Virus record (IMG/VR): IMGVR_UViG_3300048606_000052
Span: 4,848-68,847 of that record
Reading direction: 5' to 3' (one strand)
Source: a virus
Taxonomy: Duplodnaviria; Caudoviricetes
Length of the DNA stretch: 64,000 nt
The notes under the pieces are model-generated. The model was not told the DNA's origin and ran no database searches. It worked only from the letters and a program-made list of their open reading frames with translations. A program made the translations under genes and the position numbers. This document shows positions 51,590 to 61,248 of this stretch, in pieces (the first letter of the stretch is position 1; each line of letters begins with the position of its first letter).

Positions 51590-51757
51590 TCAGCCCTTCG
51601 GCGGCGGCTCGAGGATCGCGACCGTTTCGCGCAGGACCGCCGACCACATCGCCCGCTCGACCTCGTCCCCGCATAGCAGCCGCTCCGCGAGCCCGTAGAG
51701 GCCGAGGCCGCACGCTACGGCCGCGTTTCTGCGCTCACCATCGCCGAGGCTTTTCCC
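51590..51757 (-). CDS. Frameshift extension of tail assembly chaperone (gpT-like)
   Basis: -1 frame open from slippery site: KSLGDGERRNAAVACGLGL...PPPKG. Confidence 0.75.
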   Translation of the reverse strand, partial: GKSLGDGERRNAAVACGLGLYGLAERLLCGDEVERAMWSAVLRETVAILEPPPKG

Positions 51758-52269
51758 ACGACCGCGGCCGCTGTCGTGCGGCCGGACACGAGAGCGCCGC
51801 AGACGCGCGTCACGACTGCCATGAGCCGCAGCGTGTCGAGCTGCGGCGGGCCGCCCTCGACGACGGGGGAGGTAAACGCGGTGAGCACCGCGCCGCGTGG
51901 CGTCTGGATCTCCGGGACGCCGATCACCTCGCCGAAGTCGGCGCCGAAGCGCAGCGGCGCCCCCGCGTCGGTGAGCATCGGCTCGAGCCCGTCGCCGTTG
52001 CGGTAGTGCAGGCTCACGGTGACGGCGGCAAGGATGTCCGCGAGCTCTTCGGCGGAGATGTCGAGTTCCTCGCCGATCGTCGGATTGACAATCGCGCCCA
52101 TCATCCGCATGACGCCGCGGGCGGCGGCCTCGTCCTCGGTGCGGGCGATCTTCGCGACGAGGTCGCCGTCCTCCCACACGTCCACGAAGCGGTCAGGGTC
52201 CGCCTGCTGGCGGGCCTGGTAGCTGGCGCGCAGGCGTGCGAGCGGGCTATCCGGTGCCGGCGCGGTCAC
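51715..52269 (-). CDS. Tail assembly chaperone (gpG-like)
   Basis: Between tube and tape measure genes; slippery site. Confidence 0.8.
   Translation of the reverse strand: MTAPAPDSPLARLRASYQARQQADPDRFVDVWEDGDLVAKIARTEDEAAARGVMRMMGAIVNPTIGEELDISAEELADILAAVTVSLHYRNGDGLEPMLTDAGAPLRFGADFGEVIGVPEIQTPRGAVLTAFTSPVVEGGPPQLDTLRLMAVVTRVCGALVSGRTTAAAVVGKASAMVSAETRP
51751..51757 (-). promoter_or_regulatory. Programmed -1 frameshift slippery heptamer G GGA AAA
   Basis: X XXY YYZ in correct phase near chaperone 3' end. Confidence 0.8.
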
Positions 52270-52685
52270 GACGGCACGCCGTGGGGCAGCAGCGTCAGCT
52301 CGAGGCGCGAGACGGCCGTGCCGTTGCTGTCGTGCTTCGGCGTCGCGACGCCGGTCAGGATGCCGCGGACGGTCAGCAGCCCGCCGACGACCGGTGACTT
52401 GTCGGGGTTGAGCGCCTGCCGGCCGCCGACCATCGGGCGGTTGAGCTTCGTCAGAAGCCAGCGCTCGAGCGGGGCGTCGCGTTCGCCGCGGTAGCCGCGG
52501 CTGACCTTGATCTCGGCTGTCTTGACCGGGCCGGGCAACGCTTCGGAGTCGGCCATCCCGCCGGCGTTGTACGTGTCGCTGCCCGTGGTGACTTCGCCGC
52601 CGTCCCAGCCGTCGAAGAGGCCCGGCAGGGGCGCGCCGTCAACCGAGACCGCCACGGCGAACATCTGCTCCTGCACGAGTGCCAT
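52266..52685 (-). CDS. Tail tube protein
   Basis: FDGWDGGEV...YNAGG...EIKVSRGY; directly after sheath. Confidence 0.85.
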   Translation of the reverse strand: MALVQEQMFAVAVSVDGAPLPGLFDGWDGGEVTTGSDTYNAGGMADSEALPGPVKTAEIKVSRGYRGERDAPLERWLLTKLNRPMVGGRQALNPDKSPVVGGLLTVRGILTGVATPKHDSNGTAVSRLELTLLPHGVPS

Positions 52686-52697
52686 TGCGGAGACCTC

Positions 52698-54140
52698 CTA
52701 GATCGTGTCGCCGGCGGCGACCTTCGTGATGAGCAGAGAAATGGTCGCCGCGAACGGCGACGTGCGCAGCTCGAGCTGCGCGGCGACGTGGCGAAGCGCG
52801 AGCTGGGCGGCCGGGTTCACGCCGGCGCTGACGGCGTCCACGCTGAAGGCCTCGGGCGGCGTCGCGCCGTACAGCGCATCCCGCGCAAACCAGCCCTGGC
52901 AGATGCCGACGAGGTCCTTTTCGATCGCGGCGAGCAGGTGGCGGTTGCCGTCGATGATGTGCGCGACGTAGTGCCCGAGGACGTCGAGGCACTCGCCGTA
53001 GATCGCCAGCAGGACGCGCATTCCGGGCGCCTCGGCGTACTGCGGGTAGACGGCCGGGTCGGCCCACGAGAGGGCGTCGTAGGGCTGCACGCGGCCGCGG
53101 ATGTTGCGGATGACGGTCACGCCCGCTTCGCTGAGCGTGTCGCGCTCGGCGAGCGTCCACGCCTGCGTGACGTCCACCACGCGGGTGAACACCCCGAACT
53201 CGGCGGCGGCGGGCTGCCCGGGCCCGGCGGTGTTCTCGCCGTCGGCGCGCGCCATGCGTCCGGCGACGGCGCCCGACGGCGGGACGGTGACGGTACCGAC
53301 GAGATAGGGCACGGTGATCCACGGCGCCAGGAGCTGCCCGACCGCGACGGGTGCGGTGAGCGCCCGCAGCGTCGCGGCCGGCGCGGTCAGCGACGCGACG
53401 GTCGCGGTGTCGATCGCGTCGCACAGCGGCCAGCGCTTGTGACTCCAGAAGTGGCGGCCGAGCGCCTCGTGCGCCGCCGGCGTCGTGATGCCCGGCAGCG
53501 ATACCGAGCCGACGCCGAGGTCGGTGTCGAAGATGTCCAGCACGGTCGTCCAGCCGCCGACCGTCGTCGGGATCGTCGCGCGGTCATCGGCGCCCGCCGA
53601 CAGCGCGGTCTCGGCGGCGACGGCGATCGGCCAGACGCCGGCGCCGAGCGGGGCGGTCACGAGCCCCGTCGCGACGAACGCCGCCTGCAGAGCTGCGGCC
53701 GTGGTGAACGTCGCGGAGAACAGGACGGCGCCGTTGTCCTTGAACGTCACGACGCGATCGGAGCCGGTGCCGGCGGCCACGGTGACGGTCAGCCCGGCTG
53801 ACCAATCGCCGGCGCTGATAGCGGTGACGGTCATCACGGTGGCCGCCGCGGCCGTCTGCAGCGCCAGGACGCCCTTCGTCGCGGACGAGCCGACGATGCG
53901 CGAGATGACCATCCGCGAGCCGCCCTGCCGGAAGTACTGCTCGGCGGCGCGGATGAGATAGGAGTAGGCGACGACGTCGCCATAGGCCGCCTTGACCTGC
54001 GACAGCGACGTGCACTCGACGACCGTGCCGACCGGGCCGCGGGCTGCGAGCCCGGCGACAAACCAGCCGCCGACGTCGCCGGGCCGCGGGGTCGCGGGGC
54101 CGCGGTCGCCGATCGTGATCTCGATGCTGGGCGCGGGCAT
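52698..54140 (-). CDS. Contractile tail sheath protein
   Basis: FVAGLAARGP, YFRQGGSRMVISRI, VPPSGAVAG, SPFAATISLLI. Confidence 0.92.
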   Translation of the reverse strand: MPAPSIEITIGDRGPATPRPGDVGGWFVAGLAARGPVGTVVECTSLSQVKAAYGDVVAYSYLIRAAEQYFRQGGSRMVISRIVGSSATKGVLALQTAAAATVMTVTAISAGDWSAGLTVTVAAGTGSDRVVTFKDNGAVLFSATFTTAAALQAAFVATGLVTAPLGAGVWPIAVAAETALSAGADDRATIPTTVGGWTTVLDIFDTDLGVGSVSLPGITTPAAHEALGRHFWSHKRWPLCDAIDTATVASLTAPAATLRALTAPVAVGQLLAPWITVPYLVGTVTVPPSGAVAGRMARADGENTAGPGQPAAAEFGVFTRVVDVTQAWTLAERDTLSEAGVTVIRNIRGRVQPYDALSWADPAVYPQYAEAPGMRVLLAIYGECLDVLGHYVAHIIDGNRHLLAAIEKDLVGICQGWFARDALYGATPPEAFSVDAVSAGVNPAAQLALRHVAAQLELRTSPFAATISLLITKVAAGDTI

Positions 54141-54143
54141 CGC

Positions 54144-54335
54144 CTATTCCTCCCCGCCAGCCGCTGCGGTGCGGGACCGCCTCGGCGTGGACTCGTCGAG
54201 CTCCAGTAGGTGTCCGGCGTCCAGCAGCGCGCGAGTGTGCTGGGTGTCCTCGGCCTGGCCGGTCTGGCCGTGCTCAAGGATGCCGACGCCCTCGACGACC
54301 TGCGGGCCCTGCCCAACGTTCTTGACATGGATCAC
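54144..54335 (-). CDS. Small virion-associated protein preceding sheath
   Basis: Position and size typical of pre-sheath genes. Confidence 0.55.
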   Translation of the reverse strand: MIHVKNVGQGPQVVEGVGILEHGQTGQAEDTQHTRALLDAGHLLELDESTPRRSRTAAAGGEE

Positions 54336-54637
54336 GAGCCCACCACCGATCCGTCAGGCCAGGTGAATTCGCCCACTGGCCGGTGCATCCGGCACGCACA
54401 GCAGTAGGTCGCTCCGTAGAAGCTCGGACACCGCGCGTAGGTCGCGGCGATCTCGTGCCCCATCGTCGTGGTCGTCCCACACGTCGTGTGGCGGTAGCTG
54501 TCGCGAAACGGGCGGGTGTAGCCCTTCGCGCGTTCCTCGTCGCTGAGCACGAGATACGCCTGCTGCTGCGGACGAGGGTCCGTATCGACACCGTGCCCAA
54601 GCCGCGGGTCGGCGGGGTCGTTCGTAATGCTCGGCAT
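54332..54637 (-). CDS. Conserved-looking Zn-binding phage protein
   Basis: YLVLSDEERAKG, HTTCG, TYCCACRMH. Confidence 0.65.
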   Translation of the reverse strand: MPSITNDPADPRLGHGVDTDPRPQQQAYLVLSDEERAKGYTRPFRDSYRHTTCGTTTTMGHEIAATYARCPSFYGATYCCACRMHRPVGEFTWPDGSVVGS

Positions 54638-55288
54638 CTACGTCTCCTCGACGGGGGTCGCGGTCACGCTCACAGTGTCCACCGTGGCTAGGGGGTCAAG
54701 GTCCACTGCCGGTTCGCCGATCGGCGGGTCTTCGATGTCCCAGTCGGCCAGCACGCCGGCGAGGTCGCAGAGCACGTCGCCGACGGTGACGAGGACGCCG
54801 CGCCCGAAGATGCAGCGCGATCGTTGGTCGGGGGACACGTCGATGTCGTCTGTCGCCTCGCCGGCCCAGCGGGCAGCGATCACCCGCGAATCGACGCGGG
54901 GCAGCGTCTGCACGAGCACCGCCGACGCCGCGCAGCAGAGGTCCGACGCGAGCTGGCGGCCGAGGTCGGCGTCGGTGGTCTGCGTGACCGCGAAGACGGT
55001 CATCGCCCACGTCGCGGTGTAGAGGCCTTCGCCGTCGCGCTCGGGGTCAGCGATCGTGCCGGGGCACACGATGACGAGCGCGGGAAGCTGCTCGTCAGAA
55101 AACCGGCGTGCCTTCTCGCGAACCGCGACCGTGCGCGGGCGCTCCGATCGCACGCTCGCGCCCGTCTGCCGCACGACGTCGTCGAGGTACAGGCCGATGA
55201 GGTTGCGGTCTGGCATCAGAAGGTCGCGCGCCACGCGTTCAAGGCTCCAGCTTGAGATGAGCGGCCCGAGGATCGTCGTCGCCGGCAC
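54638..55288 (-). CDS. Tail terminator / tail completion protein
   Basis: QLPALVIVCPG...; position before sheath; GTG overlapping upstream TAG. Confidence 0.65.
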   Translation of the reverse strand: MPATTILGPLISSWSLERVARDLLMPDRNLIGLYLDDVVRQTGASVRSERPRTVAVREKARRFSDEQLPALVIVCPGTIADPERDGEGLYTATWAMTVFAVTQTTDADLGRQLASDLCCAASAVLVQTLPRVDSRVIAARWAGEATDDIDVSPDQRSRCIFGRGVLVTVGDVLCDLAGVLADWDIEDPPIGEPAVDLDPLATVDTVSVTATPVEET

Positions 55289-55752
55289 TAGAAGATGCCC
55301 CCGAGGATGCCGCCGCGTGACGCATCTCCGTCCACGATCCAGCGCTGCACGATCTTGACCCAGTCGCGGCGCTCGGCCTCCGTTGGCGATACGAGCGGGT
55401 TGGGTTGCCAGCGGGCGTAGCGGATCGCGGTGTCGAAGGTCACGCCGTCGCGGCGGGCAATGGCGATGTTCGCGCCGCCCGGCGTGGTCAGTGAGTCGCG
55501 CAGGTCCTGCGTGGCGTGTTCGATGCGGGGGTCGAGGCCGAGGCGGGCCTTGCGCTCGACGGTGCTCGGTGCGCTGGCCTGCCACGGCACGCCGCCGGAC
55601 GCGCCCTGCGAGTCGAACAGGCGCCGCTCCGATTCGTAGAGGCCGTCGATGATGCCTTGCATGGCACCGGAGGCGTCGCCGGTGCGGTCGGCCATCGCCA
55701 GGAGCTGACGCGCGACGATGTCCTGCCCGAGCGCTTCTACGCGTAGACGCAC
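55288..55752 (-). CDS. Virion morphogenesis protein (Mu gpG / Phage_tail_S-like)
   Basis: RLFDSQG..GVPWQ..APSTVERK...L.DSLT. Confidence 0.8.
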   Translation of the reverse strand: MRLRVEALGQDIVARQLLAMADRTGDASGAMQGIIDGLYESERRLFDSQGASGGVPWQASAPSTVERKARLGLDPRIEHATQDLRDSLTTPGGANIAIARRDGVTFDTAIRYARWQPNPLVSPTEAERRDWVKIVQRWIVDGDASRGGILGGIF

Positions 55753-55764
55753 CGGCTCAGGTCC

Positions 55765-56514
55765 TCACCATCGGGTGCCCCAGCCGATCGGGACGTAGAG
55801 CGGCACGCGGCCGAGCGGGTCGCCTCCGAGGCCGCCGCCCGGCGTGATCGGGCACTGCTCGTTGACGGCCAGCGCGACGGTCCTGCTTGCCTGCCCCCAC
55901 ATTTGGTCGAGGGCCCTGAAGGCGCTCTGCTCGGCGTTTGTCTGCTCTGGGTAGTAGCTGACCTCCACGAGCTGCGCGGTCCGGTACGCGGCAGCAGAGG
56001 CCGCGGAAAGCGTCAATTCCGTCGTGCAGGGGGTGCGGCCTTGCATCATGCCGGCGAGCTCGCCGCACGCGATGGCGATGAGCTCGAGCACCTCGTTGGC
56101 TGTCGGCCGCGTCGTCGCCGTGAAAACGCCTTGCTCGCCGGCGATCGTCGCGTCGCGTGACGCGGGCCCGCGCGTCCGGGCTCGCAGGATCGCGGCGACT
56201 GTCAGCAGCGACGGGGCCCACGGCCACATGCCGTCCGTCGCGATGACCGTGCGTTGGTCGACGACGATGTCAGCGCCGATGACGACACCGGCGACGAGGT
56301 ACTCGAGGATGACCGGCAGGCTGGCGGGCGCCTGCCACGTCGAAACGTAGGCCGGGAGCACATCGCCGTCAGCGTCGAGTGCCGGGGTCACAACGACGCT
56401 GGTCGACAGGATCTCGTCGCCATCCCGCAGCCGAGCGGTAACAACCAGGCCCGACGTCAGCCCGACGCCGGCGAGGCGATCCGTCGTCGTGAACCCTGGC
56501 AGCGTTGGGATCAT
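55765..56514 (-). CDS. Head-to-tail adaptor-like protein with N-terminal extra domain
   Basis: FTATTRPTANEVLELIA...AAAYRTAQLVEVSYYPEQ. Confidence 0.7.
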   Translation of the reverse strand: MIPTLPGFTTTDRLAGVGLTSGLVVTARLRDGDEILSTSVVVTPALDADGDVLPAYVSTWQAPASLPVILEYLVAGVVIGADIVVDQRTVIATDGMWPWAPSLLTVAAILRARTRGPASRDATIAGEQGVFTATTRPTANEVLELIAIACGELAGMMQGRTPCTTELTLSAASAAAYRTAQLVEVSYYPEQTNAEQSAFRALDQMWGQASRTVALAVNEQCPITPGGGLGGDPLGRVPLYVPIGWGTRW

Positions 56515-56570
56515 GCCCAGTACATCACGATCACGATCGGGGCACCGTCGAGGTGCTTCGTGCGGATCAC
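56511..56570 (-). CDS. 19-aa coupling mini-ORF
   Basis: GTG overlaps deacetylase stop and its TGA overlaps adaptor ATG: [19 protein letters not shown]. Confidence 0.4.
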   Translation of the reverse strand: MIRTKHLDGAPIVIVMYWA

Positions 56571-57271
56571 GAGCCGAGCACTTCACCGATGGTGCGAACT
56601 GGGATACCAGCCGTCGCGATGTAGTCGCAGAGCGTCTGGAAGTTCGCGGTCGAAAACTCGAGCGTGCTTGTCGCGGTCGTGATGACATCGTGGAAACAGA
56701 GGATGAGCCAGCCGCCATGCGTGCCGACCATGTCCACGTACCACTCCAGCGTCCCGAGCGTGCTGTTCGGTGTCAGCGCGGTCGTATTGCCGCACTGAAT
56801 CGCGCGCAACCGGTGCAGGTCCGATGGCGGGATTGTCTCAATGCCACGGCTGACTGTCGTGCGCGCAGACAAAAACCGCTTCTTGACCTCCGCGAGCGTC
56901 GTCAGGTCGAACTTGCCCTGCGGGTAGGCGTAGTGACCGAGCCCCCGCGTCCTGCCGAGTGCCTGAAGTGCCTGCTGCTGCGCCGTCCAGTCCAATCGCA
57001 GGACGTCGGGGGTGCCCGAGTAGGAGACGTTGCCGTTCGCGGCGTTATGCACCGTGCTGCTGTAGGCGTGCAGACTCATCTCCCAGTCGCAGAGGTCGGC
57101 GAGAACGGCGAGTTGCGCGGTCGTCCAAAACCCCGCCGTGTCGAGGCGGTCCTGAATGACATAGGCCGTCGCGGCCCAGCCCTTCGCGGCGAGTATCGGC
57201 CGTGCGTTCGTGTACTGCGACGCGTAGACGTCATCGAACGTGAACGAGATGCACGAGCCGGTGACAGTCAT
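56567..57271 (-). CDS. Polysaccharide deacetylase (CE4/NodB)
   Basis: SFTFDD, EMSLH, YAYPQG, LILCFH. Confidence 0.88.
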   Translation of the reverse strand: MTVTGSCISFTFDDVYASQYTNARPILAAKGWAATAYVIQDRLDTAGFWTTAQLAVLADLCDWEMSLHAYSSTVHNAANGNVSYSGTPDVLRLDWTAQQQALQALGRTRGLGHYAYPQGKFDLTTLAEVKKRFLSARTTVSRGIETIPPSDLHRLRAIQCGNTTALTPNSTLGTLEWYVDMVGTHGGWLILCFHDVITTATSTLEFSTANFQTLCDYIATAGIPVRTIGEVLGS

Positions 57272-58725
57272 ACCGCCGCCGGAGCTATCTGGTCGATGAA
57301 CTCAAGCCCGCCGAAGTAGACGATGGCGGGCGACCCGGCCCCGCCGGCACGGTCTTCGACGCGGAAGCGGAAGTCCTGGATCGCGGTCCAGTCGATCGTG
57401 CCCGTCACCGCCGCGCACCCGGCCGGACCGAGCGTGTAGGACACCCACTCGCCGGCCTTCGCGTAGGACCCGATCTCAAGGTTTCCGGTCGTGTAGTCGA
57501 GTATGTATTGGTTGATCTGGTTGAGGAACGCCGAGGCGCCGGACCCGTAGTACAGGCCGATCCGAAATAGCGTTGCGGCGCTCGCGGCGTCGATCTTGAA
57601 CCACCAGCGGGGAATCTTGCCTGTGAGGTTCACGGCCGTGATCCGCGTGAGGCTCGCCCACGCGCCGGTCGATCCGGCCCCGCCCGTCTGAAGCTTTATG
57701 CAGCGATCGGAGAGAACGCTATCGCTCGTGTAGTTCGAATTGCTGTTGACGGCATCCAGCGAGCCGCCGCCGAGTGCCCAGCCGTGTCCGGACGCGAGCA
57801 CACTGTTACCACCCGACAACAGCGTCCTGCGGCGCGGCAACACCACGCGCGCGGGAAGCGCGGCGCCGAGCGACACGTTGACCGCCTGTAGGTCAAGCGC
57901 CGTCTGCTGTGCCGTCGAGACCGGCTTCGCCGCGTCAGACGTGTTGTCCGCAGACCCGAGCCCGACCTGCGCCTTCGTTACGGCGTGCGGGTTCGCCGTG
58001 TCTGCCGCGTGCGTCGCGAGCGCGGAGCCCTGAGCGGCCTGCGTCGCTCCGGATCCGAGGGTACGGAGTGACCCCGTCGCGGTCGACGCATCGACCGCTA
58101 AAGCATCCGTGCCGCCCGGTGCATGATCGGCTGCGTGCAGCTTCGGGGACTGCACGACACGGCTGCTGACACTCAACGACGCGACGCCGGACGCTGCGGC
58201 CTTCTCCGCCGCGTTTAGCTTGAGGTCGAGCGCTGCCTGCTGCGCCGTCGAGACCGGTTTCGCCGTGTCGCTCGTGTTCGTGACCTGATCTAGCCCAAGT
58301 GTTGCCCGCGCCGTCGCGGCGTCCGTGTCGTCGAGCAGCGTCCTTGCATACGCGGTGAGGTCCGCGAGCGCGGCGGCACCCGAACCCGTGAAATACGGCA
58401 GCTTGTTCGCCGCGCTAACAAGCCCAGCGAGCGCCGTCAGCTCGGCGTCAGCGCCCTGCTTGCCCGCAACCGCCGTCGTCAACGCGGCGACTGCGCTCTC
58501 ATCCGTGGCGAGCTGCGTCGCTATCTCCCCCAACGTATCGAGCAGTCCGGGGGCGGCGTTGACAAGCGCGTTGACGGCTGCCGTGATCGCAGCCGACTGA
58601 GCCGATGACACCGGCAGCGCCGCGAGCGTGGCCTTGACGGTTGCGCCCGCCTGCACGACCGGGATGACCTCCGTCCCGTTGAGCGCGCTCGCGGCCGGTA
58701 GGGCGCTGATCGTCTTGTTCGCCAT
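57268..58725 (-). CDS. Fibre-like virion appendage (head or neck fibre) with C-terminal carbohydrate-binding-like domain
   Basis: [39 protein letters not shown]; 2x [19 protein letters not shown]. Confidence 0.75.
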   Translation of the reverse strand: MANKTISALPAASALNGTEVIPVVQAGATVKATLAALPVSSAQSAAITAAVNALVNAAPGLLDTLGEIATQLATDESAVAALTTAVAGKQGADAELTALAGLVSAANKLPYFTGSGAAALADLTAYARTLLDDTDAATARATLGLDQVTNTSDTAKPVSTAQQAALDLKLNAAEKAAASGVASLSVSSRVVQSPKLHAADHAPGGTDALAVDASTATGSLRTLGSGATQAAQGSALATHAADTANPHAVTKAQVGLGSADNTSDAAKPVSTAQQTALDLQAVNVSLGAALPARVVLPRRRTLLSGGNSVLASGHGWALGGGSLDAVNSNSNYTSDSVLSDRCIKLQTGGAGSTGAWASLTRITAVNLTGKIPRWWFKIDAASAATLFRIGLYYGSGASAFLNQINQYILDYTTGNLEIGSYAKAGEWVSYTLGPAGCAAVTGTIDWTAIQDFRFRVEDRAGGAGSPAIVYFGGLEFIDQIAPAAV

Positions 58726-58726
58726 G

Positions 58727-59188
58727 TCAGACCTCCAGGAGCAGCAGGTCGCCGCCCTCAGTTGCGAGGAAGTCGCCCGCCTCAGTCGTCACGCCTGTAG
58801 TCACGCCCGGCAGCCATACCGGGACGCCATTCACGTAGTTCAGCCAAGCGCCCTCCTCGTATCCCGCCCAGATGTGCCCTGATTCCAGCGCCACGATCCG
58901 AGCGACATAAGCGGTCAGCATCGCTCCCAGCGCGTCCACCGCGCTTTGCACACCGACGAGCTCAACATCGGTGGCTGCGGTCGCGGCGTCTTGCTTGCCG
59001 CCGAGCGTGGCCGTCAGCGTTGCAACTGCGGCGGCGAGGTCGGCGTCGGTGGCGGCTACGGCGGCGAGGTTGGCCAGCGCTGCGGTCAGCGCGGCGTCGG
59101 CGGTGCCGCGCGTCGTCGCCTCTCCCGCGACTGCTGCCAGCGCGACCGGGTCTGTCTCGCCAACCACGGGAGCGACGAACGTCGTCAC
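58727..59188 (-). CDS. Ala-rich fibre-associated protein
   Basis: Coiled-coil; C-terminal [18 protein letters not shown]. Confidence 0.6.
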   Translation of the reverse strand: MTTFVAPVVGETDPVALAAVAGEATTRGTADAALTAALANLAAVAATDADLAAAVATLTATLGGKQDAATAATDVELVGVQSAVDALGAMLTAYVARIVALESGHIWAGYEEGAWLNYVNGVPVWLPGVTTGVTTEAGDFLATEGGDLLLLEV

Positions 59189-59199
59189 GAGGGGGCCCC

Positions 59200-59787
59200 C
59201 TACGTCTTCGTCGCCGCGACCACGTCGGCCGCCACCGGCGCGCTGTAGATGACGGTCATGCGGGTGCGCCCGGCCGTGCCCGCCCCGACAGACGTCACCA
59301 CGCCGATGACAGACCGGGCCGCCGCGGCATAGCGCGGCGAGACCTGCGAGTTGGCGATGTACGCGCCCGCCTTGCCGCCGGCCAGCGCGAAGGACAACGA
59401 CTCGCCGGCGAGCAGGTCCGTCGCCTTGAGATTCGTCGTCACGTAGTAGCCGTCGGGGTCGGCGCCATCGCCGACGATGAGCGCCGCCGACGTCACGGCA
59501 TCCCAGAGCACGACGCCGTTGACGATGACGTCCAGCAGCGTCGCGCCGGCGGGCAGCGCCACGGTGGCGGTGTACGTCCCAGCGCCCGCCTCGGTGAAGG
59601 AGCGCTCGGCGGTGTAGACCGGCGAGGCGCCCTCGAGCAGCACGATCGGCCGCGCGAGGCTGTCGCGCTTGAGCCCCCGCGTCAGGCTGTCGCGCGAGTC
59701 GGCGCCGGCGACCGCTGCCGGGTTGACGTTGAGGCGTACCGCGCCGCTCGCCGACCGGCCGATGCCTCGCAGCAGGTCACTTGGCAT
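59200..59787 (-). CDS. Capsid decoration / head-spike-base-like protein
   Basis: LPAGATLLDVIV...LIVGDGADPDGY jelly-roll pattern; after MCP. Confidence 0.55.
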   Translation of the reverse strand: MPSDLLRGIGRSASGAVRLNVNPAAVAGADSRDSLTRGLKRDSLARPIVLLEGASPVYTAERSFTEAGAGTYTATVALPAGATLLDVIVNGVVLWDAVTSAALIVGDGADPDGYYVTTNLKATDLLAGESLSFALAGGKAGAYIANSQVSPRYAAAARSVIGVVTSVGAGTAGRTRMTVIYSAPVAADVVAATKT

Positions 59788-60265
59788 CGCTGCCACCGCC
59801 GCCCGTGTCCGGCATGTCCGCCGGCTCGGCTGGGACAGAGCTCGCCGGGCCGCCCGGCTCCGCGGCCTCGGGGTTCGCCAGGGGCGCCGTCGCCGCGACG
59901 TGCGGGTTGATGGTCGCCGCGACGATCTGGTCGCCGGCCTCGGGGTTCGCCAGGGCGGCCTGGATCATCCCGAGGATCTCAGGGCGTGTGCGCGCCCCAG
60001 TCAGCCGGATACGGCGGTCGTCTGCCCACTGGCGCAGCTCTGGGATCGTCAGCTTCGAGAGGTCGAAGACGCCGCCCATCGGCTGCTCTTCCTCGGCGTC
60101 ATCGGCGACGCCCTGCTCGACGATCTCGGCCGTGCCGTTCGCGACGAGGACGCGGGCGTCCTCTTCGGACAGGTGCACCCGGTCGCCGTGCTGCTTGGGG
60201 CGCACCATGTCGTCGCCCTCGGGCTTGACAAGTGCGCCTACCGCGATGATCTCGACGAGTGGCAT
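59777..60265 (-). CDS. Head-associated protein with Rho-N/HeH-like helical motif
   Basis: LSKLTIPELRQWADDRRIRLTGARTRPEIL. Confidence 0.65.
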   Translation of the reverse strand: MPLVEIIAVGALVKPEGDDMVRPKQHGDRVHLSEEDARVLVANGTAEIVEQGVADDAEEEQPMGGVFDLSKLTIPELRQWADDRRIRLTGARTRPEILGMIQAALANPEAGDQIVAATINPHVAATAPLANPEAAEPGGPASSVPAEPADMPDTGGGGSDAK

Positions 60266-60269
60266 GCGA

Positions 60270-61232
60270 TCACGCCGCTAGGTCTGCGGTTGCGGTGCCC
60301 GTGAGCTGCAGCAGCCCGAACGGGTTGTCCACGAAGTACGCGGCCGAGCCGACGCATTGCACGACGTCGCGGCGGCGCCGGCGCTCGGGCACGACCTCAG
60401 TCGCGATCGGCTCTTCCCATGCGGTGCCGCCGACGTTGCCCTGCGAGAACAGGATCGGCATCCCGCGCGGCACGTCGCCGGTGTTGTCTGAGATGACCTC
60501 GTTGAGGCCGAGCGCCCGCGAGATCCCCTGCAACTGCGAGAGCTGCAGCGTGATGTTGTTGTTGAGGCCCGTCAGCCCGAGGTAGATCGTCCCGAGCCGC
60601 CAGATGTCGAGCGGGTGCGCGATCATCGCGTCATAGACCCAGGGGATGCGCGCCTGCTGCTGCTGGGCGTTGATGAGCGCGAACGTCGAGTGTGGCCATT
60701 CCGCGACCGGTGAGGGGTTGGCCCCCATCGTCACGAGCGCCGACCAATCCGTCGCCGCTTGCGTCCGGCTGGCCGCAGCGATCGCAGCCGTGACGGCGAG
60801 CACCGCCCGAGCATTGAACTTGTCGGCGATCGAATGCGACAGCGCGAGCTCCTTGCGGTCGACCACGAACCGCTGGTTGCGCAGCCGCTCGGTGTCGCTG
60901 ACGGTGTAGCCGAGGCCGTCCGCCGATGCGCGCGCCGCCTTGAGGTCGCCCTCGAAGTGCCCGGCGAGCGGGACCTCGGCGTCCGGCGCGAGCTCTTCGG
61001 CCTTGCGCGTCATGAGCGCGTAGCGCGGATCCCACTCCTGGTAGATGACGACGCCGCCGCCCGGCGCCCCGACGTTCGGGAGGATGCGGTCCCCGAAGTA
61101 GCGAAAGTTGGTCGCCTCACCCACTCGCCGGTCGATGACTCGCGGGTTGTTGAGCAGGTAGCTGACGGTGATGTCAGCCCCTGAAACGGTGGCGCCGTGC
61201 CCGACGGGCAGGCCGCCGACTTCGGTTGGCAT
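60270..61232 (-). CDS. Major capsid protein
   Basis: ITVSYLLNNP, EELAPDAEVPL, GLGYTVSD, DNPFGLLQLTG; after decoration gene. Confidence 0.88.
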   Translation of the reverse strand: MPTEVGGLPVGHGATVSGADITVSYLLNNPRVIDRRVGEATNFRYFGDRILPNVGAPGGGVVIYQEWDPRYALMTRKAEELAPDAEVPLAGHFEGDLKAARASADGLGYTVSDTERLRNQRFVVDRKELALSHSIADKFNARAVLAVTAAIAAASRTQAATDWSALVTMGANPSPVAEWPHSTFALINAQQQQARIPWVYDAMIAHPLDIWRLGTIYLGLTGLNNNITLQLSQLQGISRALGLNEVISDNTGDVPRGMPILFSQGNVGGTAWEEPIATEVVPERRRRRDVVQCVGSAAYFVDNPFGLLQLTGTATADLAA

Positions 61233-61248
61233 GGTGGCCCAGCCCCTT

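Noticed and set aside
41754-54140. Tail block as a stand-alone extracellular contractile injection system or tailocin
   Set aside because: Capsid, protease, gpF-like and neck genes are contiguous, so it is a phage tail
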